From: Octopus vulgaris
Lineage: Eukaryota
Reading direction: 5' to 3'
Assembly: GCA_951406725.2 (NCBI GenBank)
Contig: OX597823.1
Coordinates: forward strand, 6,138,001-6,202,000
Length of the DNA stretch: 64,000 bases
This document shows positions 1 to 12,479 of the stretch, piece after piece. Position 1 is the stretch's first letter, and every line of letters begins with the position of its first letter. Made by a program: the position numbers and the translations under genes. Under the pieces are notes generated by a model, which saw only the letters and a program-made list of their open reading frames with translations, was not told the DNA's origin and ran no database searches.

Positions 1-859
1 AGCAGCCTTCAACATGTACGCTGAAAAGGTCATGAGGAATGCAGGTCTGGAGAATAGCAGCATTGGAGTGAGGATTGGCGGAAGAAATATTAATAACCTT
101 CGCTATGCAAATGATACAACTCTGCTGGCAGAAAATAATAAGCATCCAGATAATCCTATCCTGCTAGTCAAGAGAGTGAGAAATTTGGGCTGTACCTCAA
201 TGTCGAGAAAACGAAGATCATGTCAACAGCAGCCACAACAAACATTAGCATCAAGATCGATAATGAAGAGATCGAAGTGGTTGATGATTTCATCTTCTTT
301 GGCTCCAAAATAAATCGAGATGGTAACTGCACTCCAGAAATAAGGCGGCAGGTAGTACTAGGCAGAGAGGCAATGGTCAGCATGAGCAGGGTCTGGAAGA
401 GTAGAAGCATCAGCCTAGCTACCAAATGCAGATTGGTGAATGCAATCGTCTTCCCAATAACAACATATGGATGCAAGACCTGGACACTAAAGAAAGCTGA
501 CCAGAAGAGAATTAATGCGTTCGCGTTTTGCTGTTTGAGAAGACTTTTATGGATTCCATGGACAGCGAGGCTCACCAATGGAGAAGTTCTTAACCAGATC
601 AAGCCGAAACTGTCGCTAGAAGCTAGGATCACCAAGCATAGATTGACATATTTTGGTCATATTATGCGGAGAAAATCCCTGGAGAAGGACATCATGCTCG
701 GAATGGTCAGTGGCAAGAGAGGAAGAGGCCGACCAAGAACCCGCTGGCTTGACACCATCAAGAGTGACACGGGAATGGCCATAGAACTGGCTGGAGAGCA
801 TATTAATCCATCGAGGAACCGAGAGTTGACTCCGACTGAGCGGATAGATAGATAGATAG
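1..859 (+). mobile_element. RTE-clade (BovB-like) LINE, 3' part, degenerate
   Basis: RT motif NNLRYANDTTLLA (YADD mutated), frameshift into ORF 220-855 with FIFFGSKI, TYGCKTWTL, YFGHIMR, GRGRPRTRWLD; C-terminal HRGTES*LRLSG* in another frame; (GATA)n tail to 859. Confidence 0.93.
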
Positions 860-861
860 TC

Positions 862-1054
862 GGCAAGCTGGCAGAATCGTTACCTGCTTAACGGCATTTC
901 GCCAAATTTTACGTTCTGAGTTCAAATGCCGCCGGGGTCGATAAAATAAGTACTAGCTGAGTACTGGGGTCGATGTAACACACACACATACACACACACA
1001 CACACACCACTACCACCTCCGAAATTGCTGGCCTTGAGCCAAAATTTGAATCCA
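862..1054 (+). mobile_element. tRNA-derived SINE family B
   Basis: Head GGCAAGCTGGCAGAATCGTT, B box GAGTTCAAATGCC, body GGGGTCGATAAAATAAGTAC; many homologous copies in the window. Confidence 0.85.
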
Positions 1055-1416
1055 ATATTAAATTTAGATTTGGCGCAAGCATTAATTTGGTGTTGAGACG
1101 TTCCTTCGTAGCTCCGTTGCTTCAGGTTCGACCACTATTACACAACAACCTGAGCAAGTGTCATCTGCTATATTCCCGGACTAATGAATGCTTTGAAAGT
1201 GAATTCGGTGAACAGAAACTTTGTGTGTGTGTGTGTGTGATTTATTGATGAAGGAAAACTTCAACTGTTACCCAGAGTGACACGTAATCAATCATTAGGC
1301 AGAATTGAACTTTTGGAATAATACTATGGTTTATAAAATGTTTCTAAACATTTATATACCCTACACACACACTCTGTCTCTTTCTCTCTCTTGCACACAC
1401 ATACATACATATATAT

Positions 1417-1690
1417 ATTAGAAGGTTTGGAGGTGATGTACAGGTATTATATATGAAAAAAAAAAAAGGTATTCAGAAATCTGGATGGTTGTACATTTAC
1501 AGATTTTTATTAATATGTCACATGTTTTTATAAATCATATATTAGCGCTTGCATCTACTAGAGTAGATGAAGAATCTACTAGAGTAGATGCAAGCTCTAT
1601 ATATATGATTTATAAAAACATGTAGCATATTAATAAAAATCTGTAAATGTACAACCATCCAGATTTCTGAGTGCCTTATTTTTTCTAATA
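1417..1690. repeat. Long inverted repeat (fold-back) of an interspersed repeat
   Basis: ~1465-1560 is the reverse complement of ~1583-1678 (TCAGAAATCTGGATGGTTGTACATTTACAG / CTGTAAATGTACAACCATCCAGATTTCTGA); single-arm copy at 20286-20443. Confidence 0.92.
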
Positions 1691-1758
1691 TATATATATA
1701 TGGTAAATGAAAGACGGAAGATGGACTATACGAGAATTTTTATCATTAATCACAACAA

Positions 1759-1945
1759 GGTGGCGAGCTGGCAGAATCGCTAGCATACTGGACGAAATGC
1801 TTAGCAGTATTTCGTCCGTTACTACGTTCTGCCGGGGTCGATTTTGCCTTTCGAGGTCAATTAAATAAGTACCAGTTACGTACTGGGCTCGATATAATCG
1901 CCTTAATCCTTTCCCTCAAATTTGGGGCCTTGTAGAAAGGATTAT
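1759..1945 (+). mobile_element. SINE family B
   Basis: GGTGGCGAGCTGGCAGAATCGCTAGC head; degenerate TSD ATTAATCACAACAA / ATTAATCAGGACAA. Confidence 0.85.
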
Positions 1946-1947
1946 TA

Positions 1948-2051
1948 ATCAGGACAATTGTTTCAACACATCTAGCATCAATCCCTCACGACTCGGACAC
2001 TTAACAACTGATTCAGGAGCATCCGGTGGTGCAGCCTTCTCATCGGGTGAC
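1948..2051 (-). ncRNA. Degenerate minimal type-I hammerhead ribozyme-like motif
   Basis: Minus strand GUCAC-CCGAUGA-(75 nt)-GAAA-CAAUUG-UC-CUGAU; palindromic stem III; stem II poorly paired. Confidence 0.5.
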
Positions 2052-2341
2052 AAACAGATACAACGCATTAAAGTAACTGTTCAGCAATGTATCTTCTCAT
2101 TTCGTAGAGAGAAACGCAGCAAAACGAAATATCGCCAGCCACACAGAAAATCAAAAACAAAACCACAGATGCAAAAAAGAAACTAACACACAACAAGCGA
2201 GAAAGGCGCCAAAAATAACCTTTAATAGAACCCTGTTCTCACACCGTCTCCGATGAAGGGATATAATAAATATTCCCCCCCTTTCACTCTCTATTTTATA
2301 TCTTATCTAAATTAATTATTTCTTAACCATCCTCTCACACC

Positions 2342-2389
2342 GTCTCCGATGAAGGGATATAATAAATATCCTGGAAACAGCTGTAAGAC
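2342..2389 (+). ncRNA. Minimal type-I hammerhead ribozyme motif (PLE type, U4C core)
   Basis: Stem I GUCU/AGAC, core CCGAUGA 2346-2352, stem II GGGAUAU/AUAUCCU, GAAA 2374-2377, palindromic ACAGCUGU, GUA triplet; 37-bp partial duplicate at 2237-2273. Confidence 0.75.
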
Positions 2390-2456
2390 CTTCTATCTAT
2401 AAATGTTCTAATATCTACACAGTCTTGGTTTTTTTTTTTTTTGATTACGAAAATTT

Positions 2457-2490
<34 letters not shown>

Positions 2491-2692
2491 ACCATACAAT
2501 CCCTTGGACATGATTCCCTTTACTATGAAACCTAGCATGATAGTTACGGTTAAATGGCCAGATAAGCCACCAAAAACTTTTCTTTCTCATTGCTCGAGGT
2601 TGGAGTTGTACATTGATGATATGGCGATAGTCGTACGCTGGTCGCCTAATTTAGGCAAATGACACGGCTATCTCTTTCACACATTAACAGAC

Positions 2693-2727
<35 letters not shown>

Positions 2728-2904
2728 TCACGTTTGCTTCTGACATTTGCAGCTGAACGAAGAGGTTATGGTCCCTGGGGCCAGAGGTCAGGGAACAGAT
2801 GTGGTGTTACTTTGGTACAACCACCAGACTCCTCTCCCCACCCCTCTCCTCACCGGATGTTCCCAATTTGTTTCTTGGTAACGTTAAATAATCATTTCTT
2901 TTTC

Positions 2905-3115
2905 TAATTTTGGCACAAGGCGAGCAATTTTGAGGGAAGGAGAAGGAGCACGTCGATTACATCGACCCCTGAACTTGACTGGTACTTTATTGTAACGAAC
3001 CTGAAAAGGTGAACGGCTAAGTTGATCTCGGCGGGATTTGAACTTAGAACATAAAGAGGCGGAAGACAAACTACAAGGTATTTTTCCAACGTTCTTTCTA
3101 CCAACTCGCCACCCT
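2905..3115 (-). mobile_element. SINE family B, diverged
   Basis: Reverse-complement match to family B (GTCGATTACATCGACCCC, GATTTGAACTTAGAAC, CAACTCGCCACC). Confidence 0.75.
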
Positions 3116-3223
3116 TTTAGATTGCTAATTTAAACACAAAGCCAGCACTTTTGAGGGGAGGGGCAGTCATTATCATTAACTCCCGTTCTTAATTTTATCG
3201 AATCCAGAAGAATGACCTCGGTG

Positions 3224-4126
3224 CAGGGCTGGATTAACCCATGTACACCCCTGGTTGCGTTTTTGCAACGCAAAACCTGCTCGTACTTGTTTGGACAGGA
3301 ACTCGCCGGGAAGCATCTGACTGAACATACGAAATGTTCGGTAGGGAGTCGACACACGCGGCTAACAGTTGCATGCTGTCCTTCCCCTCCAGATTGTGAA
3401 GGCTTACCATAACGTTTAACCTAAATACAGTGAAATCTTAAGACTTCATTATTTTCATGGGCATATATGGCTTAAGCAAAATAAGCAAGTGCTTAGGGCC
3501 TCAAGGGAAGGGAAGCACCACAGGAATGGGAAATGGTTTATGGCACAAAAGAAATCACTTTCAACCTGCTAAAATAATATTCGAAGTGGTTAATATGATC
3601 GGAAATACAATTTCGAAGTGTTCGTAGTGTCTTATTGAAGATCTGCTCAAAGACTTTGTAATTTTGTATAGTCAAGTATAGTAATGGACATCACATTTTG
3701 TATACGAGTGTGTATGTATCTGTGAGTCATTCGACTGTCAACCAAACGATGGGTCGTGTTAGATGCAGCTACGACCGCAACAAAAGAGAGTAAATCCACT
3801 GACAGCTTTTTGGTGCGTTCAAAGATCCCTAACACCTCCCAACCCCAATTTTCCATGACAGGTTAGGACCTGGATTCCTCTAGATGGACGTATGACATAT
3901 CGCTTAGTCGAATTAGCCCATCATTTACTCCACAATTGTTTTGTCGTCAATGCTTCATTTTCCCGTATCACCTGTTTTATATATATATATATACAAACTA
4001 TGCCATGTTAATCTCGAGCAACGCCGGGTATCTCTGCTAGTTGTTTATATTTTGAACTACATATATATACGGAGGCACCAAAATCTTTTAAGTGCTTAAG
4101 CCTTGATGGATCTTGATCCGGGCCTG
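3224..4126. mobile_element. hAT-type MITE with nested inserts, inserted in a SINE B fragment
   Basis: Degenerate TIRs CAGGGCTGGATTAA / TTGATCCGGGCCTG; decayed 8-bp TSD CCTCGGTG / CTTCTGCG; flanks rejoin into a SINE B segment. Confidence 0.6.
3672..4040 (+). mobile_element. Non-autonomous Helitron-like element (3' end clear, 5' end uncertain)
   Basis: 3' GC hairpin CTCGAGCAACGCCGGG followed by CTAG|T at 4037-4041. Confidence 0.5.
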
Positions 4127-4208
4127 CTTCTGCGAGACTTGAACCCAGACTGTAAACCAAATATTTAACTAACATGAAAATCTCGAGTACACAACACACC
4201 CACCCACA

Positions 4209-4258
<50 letters not shown>

Positions 4259-4274
4259 TATGTATTGTTTAAAC

Positions 4275-4510
4275 CAGTGTTTCTCAACCATTTCTCCCTA
4301 TGAACCTCTCTGAATGGGTCTTCAAAGCCATTCGATGTTTAAAAAATCCCATTATATTTTGATAATTAGATATTTTTAGAAATTTTATTTTTAGAAATTG
4401 TTAGAACATCTGGTGCATTGCAGAAGCAGAGCCAATTCTTTGTACACAAATCTTAACAAAATCTTATGTGGACCCGCAATGGACATGTGGACTCTGATTG
4501 AGAATTACTA
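4275..4510. mobile_element. hAT (Charlie-like) MITE
   Basis: TIRs CAGTGTTTCTCAACC / GATTGAGAATTACTA; 8-bp TSD GTTTAAAC / GCCTAAAC. Confidence 0.7.
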
Positions 4511-4858
4511 GCCTAAACTAACCCAGGAAGTCCAGCAACCCGCCCGTCGAATATCAAAGAGGTCCTTGGTAATATCCCTGTGTTATAATGGTCCTCGAGG
4601 TTTCACGCGCAGTATCAGAGACCTCGACCAAGCAACATTTGTTTGTACTGCTTTCTACTTCACTAAACACCTAATGGCACTCCTTTCATGCCACTATCTT
4701 TGGTATTATTTTCGATGCATGTATTTAGATAAATATATGTCCACGGTAATGGGAAAATCCTGTATTATCCAATCTACCAAGCTGCAACGGATGGGCTTCC
4801 ATACATTACTCACAAATATCTCACATGAAGCTGCACCAATTAATAACTATTTCACAAA

Positions 4859-5077
4859 TTCAGTTAACAAAATTACTGGATTTTACGACATCGATTAACA
4901 AAACTGTGGGATTTTACGAGTTCAGTTAATGATATCATGAGATTTGACGAATTCGGTTAACAAAATTATGGGACTTTACCAGTTCGTTAACAAAATCATG
5001 TGGGTTTTTTAACGAGTTCAGTTAACGATATTATGAGATTTCACGACATCTGTTAATAAAATTATGAGTTTTCACCA
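4859..5077. repeat. Diverged ~31-bp minisatellite, ~7 copies
   Basis: Approximate consensus TTCAGTTAACAAAATTATGGGATTTTACGAG recurring in tandem. Confidence 0.85.
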
Positions 5078-5254
5078 TTGTCACTTGTGATGCTTGTTCG
5101 CTTTTTAAGACACAAAACTGCTTGTTAACCAGTATAATTAGTTGTCTAGCACCTAATGTGGCAAATTTATGAATCAGCCATTAAAATCAAAACCTTAAGT
5201 GCTTCGATTTCATGTTTCAATGAATGGCGCATAGACATGGTACCTAGTTACCTC

Positions 5255-5570
5255 GAGGTAAAATAGGGTGAGATGGCAAGACCGGCTCACAAACACAGCC
5301 TCGTGGGAATAGGCGAGCTAGCAACCTTCTGAAACCCCAGTCAAGAGGAGGAAATGAGGGTTGGCTGAGACATATCCAACGGAAACCTGTTTCCAATATT
5401 ACAAGGTAACCCCACGAGAGACGGAAACATCTCAGACCAAAATCAATATGCAGAAGGCTCACAAAAATTAAAGAACTGGCGGGCATCTATACAAGGGGAC
5501 AAAGATCGAGAGAAGCTGGAGATCTCTTATTTGCACTCTATGCTCAAGCAGAAGATGAAAGAAGATGAAG
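5255..5570 (+). mobile_element. RTE-clade LINE 3' fragment, highly degenerate
   Basis: Hand translation across frameshifts: RVRWQDRLTNTASWE, RRK*..WLRHIQRKPVSNITR, PRET, KDREK.WRSLICTLCSSRR, matching the RTE C-terminus. Confidence 0.8.
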
Positions 5571-6050
5571 GAAAAATAGAAAAAGAAAAGATGCAGAAAC
5601 GAGAAGAAAGAAGACGAAGGAGAGGAAAGAGACTTGTTTCTTCTCTTTCATCTTCTTTCTTCGGAAAGAAGACGAAGAAGATAAAGCGACAAAGATGACG
5701 AAAACGAAAGAAAGAAAATAAAGGGGGAGCTAGTGGAGTTAGATTTGATCCGGCGGCAGGCGTAATATATCAACAAGGTCACGTGTAGATCTGTTTTTAC
5801 ATATTACAAAGGTGAAGTCAGCTAATTTTAAGAAAAAAATAAAAAAGCTCTTTTATCTATTTTGGTTTATTACACCGAAAGCAGCTGAGCACATGTTTCT
5901 CCTCAGCAGAAGTTCTTTTTGTAAATATCAAAACGCATTGACCCTAATTTTATTCAGACGTTGGGAGTTTTTAGTCACTGCTCGAAAATGTCGGTTTCTC
6001 CTTTCCAAATATGTACGTGCGTAATCTAGATGGATGAATGTATGTGTGTG

Positions 6051-6054
<4 letters not shown>

Positions 6055-6098
<44 letters not shown>

Positions 6099-6157
6099 CA
6101 TACGTATATATATATACATACGTATATATATATACATACGTATATATATATACATAC

Positions 6158-6191
<34 letters not shown>

Positions 6192-6196
6192 GTATG

Positions 6197-6239
<43 letters not shown>

Positions 6240-6396
6240 GTATGTATGTATATATATATATATATATATATACGTATGTATACATGTACATGCATGCATA
6301 TTTACACACACATATACACATACATATCTATATACATATACATGTACGTATGGGTATGTAGAAATATTTATATATACATAAATATACACACACACA
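6055..6396. repeat. (TA)n compound microsatellite with TACG interruptions
   Basis: Direct inspection. Confidence 0.95.
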
Positions 6397-7149
6397 GGTG
6401 TTTATGAATTTTGATGCACAAATGACCTTTGCATTAATAAAATCCCCTCAACAACATCAAAAGCGAACCATTAACAATAAATATTGAACAAAGTTCAGCA
6501 TCCATCCACCTAAAATTGTTAATAGAATTGAGGTTAGGGTCCGTTCGTTATCATCATCATCACCATCGTTTTAACGTCTGCTGTTCCATTCTTTGATTAG
6601 TTCGACAAAGTTCGTCGAGGCAGATTTTCTACGGCCGGATGTCTATCCTTTCACCAACCCTCACTCGTTTCCAAATAAGATAATATTTCCCCAAGGCCAG
6701 TCATGCTTTTCATGGAAGATTAGAAAAGAAAGACATCGCTTATATGGCGGTGACACTCGTTTACAAGTAACATGCGATGTCAAGATAAAGAGACAGAAAG
6801 ACACGCACACACACATACATCTACGTCACAAACACGTGTGTGTGTGTGAAATAGTCCCCCCAAGCCACCTCTCTTGACAACCGGTGTAGGTTTATTTACA
6901 TCCTCATAACTTAGGTGGTTCAATAAAAGAGGCCGATAGGATAAGTACAAGACTTCAAAAAATAATTAGAGGTCGACTAAACCCTTCGAAGTAGTGCTCC
7001 AGTATGGCTACAGTAAAATGACTGAAAAAAAATAGTTATATTTTTTTTCTCCATGGTGCCTGTCAGTCACAATTATATCGCATTTTACCCCTTGAATAAT
7101 AAACAGACATAAACCAGTTTCTATTTCTATTTTATATCGATTTGTAAAG

Positions 7150-7451
7150 AAAGGAGCTCTTTTGCCAGACTATAGTTCTCCAATGAGTAGATTTTTTGTC
7201 ATTCTTTCGTCTTTCATACAAACTATATAACTAGATAACCTGCTCACCTTAGTTTGTTACGACACAAGATTGATTCTATGCTACGATTACAGATTTCTAC
7301 CAACAGTAAAGACCACAGGATCAATTACATAGACTACCCTCGAGGTATAGGACAAATATTGTCAAAACTCTTTTGCCAAAAACGCTCCAACTGTTTCCTG
7401 TTTGAGGATAATGTCGGTATTTCACAGCCATGCAACAAAACAGATAAAATG
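7150..7451 (-). mobile_element. RTE-clade LINE fragment, degenerate
   Basis: Minus translation ILSVLLHGCEIPTL..KQLERFWQK, SIESILCRNKLR*AGYLV, MKDERMTKNLLIGEL*SGKR. Confidence 0.8.
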
Positions 7452-7564
7452 CACGTTTTGAAAACAGCTTTTTTAGAACCACTTTCTTTTGTATATATTG
7501 CTGCAACGAAGGTGGTGGTGGTGGTGGTGTGTGTGTGTGTCTAAAGGGACAGAGAGAGATTGTA

Positions 7565-7862
7565 GTTCCAGAAAAAGGATTTTGTTGAATTCTTCTAAGC
7601 CTCTCCAGATCAAACTGGGAACATTTAAAACTAATCAGGAGAGCGTTATCCCTATAGAGTCTGCCCCGCCTCGATGTTTGGAAAGCTCTCCCTTAAATGG
7701 TAAAATATATATAGACCTGCAGGATCGATAACTTCGGCGGAGTCCGAAGAACCCGTAGCCGTGTCAAACTTGCTAATAATAAAAACTTTATTGAATGATA
7801 TGATTGATATCATCGGGTAGTAGTTCTCTATATCGATCTTTATGAACAAGTTTTTGTTCAGA
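7565..7862 (-). mobile_element. Penelope-like element reverse transcriptase fragment (YRDD type), degenerate
   Basis: FIKIDIENYYPMIS, FDTATGSSDSAEVIDPAGLYI, then frameshifted LYRDNAL (7659-7639) and DLERLRR; parallels PLE RT motifs FDI..FYPSI, MGS.DGAE.CELVGL, LYRDDGL. Confidence 0.78.
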
Positions 7863-9181
7863 AAAACACACACACACAAGCATGGCAGTGTGGTAAGAAG
7901 TTTGCTTCGCAACTACGTGTTTTCAAGTTCAGTCTCACCGCCAGACACCTTGGACAGCTATCGTCTACTGTAACCTCGGGACGATTAAAGAGTGGATTTG
8001 ATAGACGGTAACTGAAAGAAGTCCGCCGCTTACACGCATGCATGTATACATACATACAACGAACCGTCCAACTCATGTCAACACTGAAAAGGGACGTTAA
8101 ATGGTGACAGTGTGTATGTGTCTTTGTGTTTTATTTGGACAGGTCATGCGCAATTAATGAATGTTAATCAAAATTATGTTTTCCGAAGTTATGCATAAGC
8201 GTATGTCTATAGAAAAAGTTAAATGAAATTGAAAAACAAACTGAGGTACCGTCGACCAAACCAGCCGTAACGCATTTAACAACAGTTCTTGTTCACCGGA
8301 TCTGGTTCTTTCGCACTGATGAAACAACAACGCGTGCAGTAGAATTATTCTACCATGAAACCAGGACTCATATCCGATAATAGAGTTTGCTTGTTAAAGG
8401 CAAAAAGCCCACGTGTTGTGCAGTGCAATTATTCTACCGCGTTAGCAGGTCCTTTTTTTTCCTACAAAATATCCAAAAGCTGTTTATAGTCAGAAATGGA
8501 AACGAATGCCTGTATACATTAAATTCTGATTCAGAATGAGGTCTAACTTTTCTTCTTTTTTTTTTTCTCATTAATATACAACTTTTCTCTTGAAGTATTC
8601 ACATGGCAAATCACTTTTTCTTTTCTCTCTATCTTTCTCTCCTTTTTTTGTATACTAATAGTATACTGTTTTTTATGGGGTTGAAGTTTTTATTCTTCAA
8701 TGTAATTATTCTTCTGAACCTCCCAGGAGAACAAAAAGTAAAAAACGTAAATACTTCGTAGTCTATTTTAAAAAACTAAAACAGTAATTCTTTCTCCCCC
8801 CCCCCCCATCCCTGTGTCTGTTATTCAGATGAACAGGAACAATAGTTAATACGTTTTCCTCTATATTTTGGTGGGAAATCCGAGACGGGCAAAGCAAAGG
8901 TGAAAATGAAACACTTCGTTTGAGTTGTTGTTGCTATTGTTGTTGTCTTGTCCTTGAGATCAAAAGTCATTCAAATCGTGATCTTCTGATCTTCTCAGTT
9001 TGTATTTCCGGATTTCGTTTAACCCGGATGACATTATCCAATGTGTTCACGTGATCCGTCAGAGATGATATATAAAAACTGAAACTGAAATTGTTCGGCA
9101 ATTTCAATTAAAAGTTTTATATTTCTTTAATTTTTTCCCAGTCGAATCGCTTACGCTTTATGCATTTAAAAAAATTTTGCT

Positions 9182-9530
9182 GTATGTATGTATGTGTGTG
9201 TGTGTGTGTGTGTATGTGTGTGTGTATGTATGTGTGTATGTATGTACGTACGTATGTATGTATATATATATATATATATGAAAGTATATGTGCTTATGTG
9301 CATGTATTTATATTTGTGCATGCATACATACATACATACATACACACACACATATATACACACACACATACATACATAAACATACATACATACATACATA
9401 CATACATACATACACACACATACATACATACATACACACACACATACACACATACATACATACACACATACATGCATACATACATACATACATACAAACA
9501 TACAAACATACATACATACATATACACACA
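9182..9530. repeat. (TG/TATG)n followed by (CATA/CA)n compound microsatellite
   Basis: Direct inspection. Confidence 0.95.
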
Positions 9531-10194
9531 AAAAGTACACGAACAAGAGTAATCCAGCTGGAAATGAATTAAAGAACTAAAAAGGTTTTACGGAAATTGC
9601 CGAATAGTTTCAGTTTCAATCTAGCATCTCTGAAGGACCGCCATGTGTACTTTTAAAGCTGGTAAAGGCGCGATATGTGAGAGGCCCAACAGTTATTTCT
9701 AGCAGACGGCGACGACACGACATCACAGACTTCCTGATTAGTGATGCAACAGGAAGCAACGCAACCAAACGCCGTATTATTTATTCTCCCAATATGGCGT
9801 TATAGCCTGGATGCTTACGATAAAGTGAATGCGATTAAAGTCACCCCGAAAGGCCAGATAATGGTGTTGAACCAGCCTATGTCGTATTAATATTAACTTA
9901 ATATTATCAAGCCGTTCCCAACATCTTTTGAAACCGTTGTTTCCGAGAGACAATAGAGTCAGTAAAGAGACAGAAAAAACTACGTTTTGCAACTCTCAAA
10001 GTATTTTATCTCAATTTCACTGATACAAAGCCAAACGCTGGCATTTTCCCGTGCGAATTTGAAATACTTAGAATAAAAAAGAAGAAAAAATGATATTTTA
10101 TCTTTATTCGCTGTTTTATATTTATTTACCAAAAACAATACAAACACATTAGATTTAAGGGCGGAAATGGGATTTAACCCATTCAATCTCTCTT

Positions 10195-10556
10195 GTCTTA
10201 AACTTTTCCAGTTTTTGGACTACGGCCATGCTGGGGCACCACCTTGAAAGGTTTTAGTGAAATGAATCGGCCCCAATACTTTTTTTAAAGCCAAGTTCTA
10301 ATTCTATCAGTTTACTTTGCAGAACCACTAGCGAACGGGAATGTAAACAAACCAATATCGGTTGTCAAGCGATGGTGGTGGAGGCACACACACACATACG
10401 ATGGGCTTCTCTTAGTTTCCGTCCACCAAATCCACTCACAAGAATTTTATCATCCCGGAGCTATAGTAGAAGATACTTGCCCAAGGTGCCACGCAGAGGA
10501 ACTGAACCCGGAACCACGTGGTCGGGAAGCAAACTTCTTAGGACACAGCCACGTCT
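10195..10556 (-). mobile_element. SINE family A, diverged
   Basis: GGCCATGCTGGGGCACC tail, CTTGCCCAAGGTGCCACGCAG body, ACACAGCCAC head on the reverse strand. Confidence 0.85.
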
Positions 10557-10780
10557 GCACTTATATAAATGAATGAAAATTGTGGAAATTCTTCTTTGTA
10601 GTTATTGAGATTGGTAAGAGAGAGAGAGGGGGAGCGAGAGAGACAGACAGGCAGCGAGAAGAAGGAGAGATAGGAGGGAAAGAGAGAGGATATGTAAGAA
10701 TGAGTAACCAATTTTGAAAATTCTTTGTAATTATTGATATTCGTAAGAGAGAGAGAAAGAGAGTAAGGAGAGAGATGGAG

Positions 10781-10815
<35 letters not shown>

Positions 10816-11089
10816 CAGAGAACACATGTAAGAATGAATAACGAGATATTTTCGTCAACTCGTTTCTTCAAATCCACTAAATAAGCGCCATTAAAGCATA
10901 TTTGTTGAGGTTTCGGTTCATATAAGCGTACAACATGGATGTGTGCACAGGTGTGTATGTGTAAATATATATTGTATACCCGTGCGTATGTATGTGTGTA
11001 TACATTTATGTCAACTAAATAGGCCATCGCTCATGTCATTAAAACTATTTGGACATTTAAATTTATCATTGCATAAACGTGCACGAACA

Positions 11090-11140
<51 letters not shown>

Positions 11141-11377
11141 GTATGTATACGTATGTGTATGTTTGTGCGTGCGTCTGTGTGTGTCTAAATGTGGTAAGTG
11201 TATGGATGCTTGTGTAGATCATGTCGGCCTCGCTCGATAAGGTCACACAAATTGAGGGAGAAGTTTAAAAAAAGGAAAGCAGTCTCAGCAAATAAAAACA
11301 AAAAACAACAACAAAAAAACTAAATAAATAAAAAGAAAACTATTTGCAATTCAAGTGAGATTGGTGCGATTTATAGC

Positions 11378-11507
<130 letters not shown>

Positions 11508-11784
11508 TCAACTGTTTTAAAGTTTACAATGGAAGTACTGATGTTATCATATATCACATGTAGCGAGTAAATTTGGCAGGGTGGGTCTAATTGGAGGTTT
11601 GGGTCAATGAAAGCTAGAAAGGTCAGGTCAAATATCTAGCGTAAATAAATACACCGAATCAGGAATATATTCGATTTCGTTGTGAAATTCGGCCCACAGG
11701 GGCATTTTCCACAGCTTACTAAAAGGTTCGAGCCAATGGTTGTCATGGTTATTTAACAACTTTCATCCTATCGATGCATATTAT

Positions 11785-12159
11785 AACAAGAGCACTCAGA
11801 GAATTCAAACCTCCGCCAAGGCAACACCAATGTCCTCTCAATGATTAGCTGGAGATGATTTTTAAAATGAGAATATCTGAAATAAACTCGGCTGCTCTCA
11901 CAAACGAGAATACTAATAATGAACCCGACTGTTCTCAAAGATTAAGTAAAACAAAAACTGGAAAAATAATCCAGAATCCTTGTCTGGTACCGGATCGATC
12001 CTAAAATCTAATCAGTTTGTGCCAGTCACGAGGCCAAACATCCCTGAAAGTTTCATCCGAATCCATTGAGCAGTTCTTGAGATATCTTGTCCATGGACAA
12101 ACAAACAAAAGCGATTGAAACAATACCTCCGCTTTAGCAAAGGTGGAGGTATTGTTTCA
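11785..12159 (-). mobile_element. Helentron-associated non-autonomous element (HINE/DINE-1-like)
   Basis: Subterminal repeat ACCTCCGC at 11809 and 12125; terminal palindrome with 15-bp arms TGAAACAATACCTCC / GGAGGTATTGTTTCA (12116-12159); short (CAAA)n tract; no TSD. Confidence 0.7.
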
Positions 12160-12411
12160 CTGATAGTTAAACAACATCATTGTTATTGATAATATATATT
12201 GCAAATAAACAAACGGGTTATTTGTTTTATTTAATTCAATAAAGTATTCATTTCATGGTTAACATGCAATTTAGGCCTCTACAAAACTGAAAGTAAATTG
12301 TAATAGAAACCATGCATCCATTAGTATGTCTGCACATACATGCACACACACATGCGTATATATACATAGATATATGGATGTATACACACGTGTGCGTGTG
12401 TGCATACATAC

Positions 12412-12467
<56 letters not shown>

Positions 12468-12479
12468 CCTTTTTTTTTC

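Noticed and set aside
5928-6407. YIYI/CVCV/THTH-type ORFs here and throughout (e.g. 9160, 19078, 49220, 55784)
   Set aside because: Translations of microsatellites.
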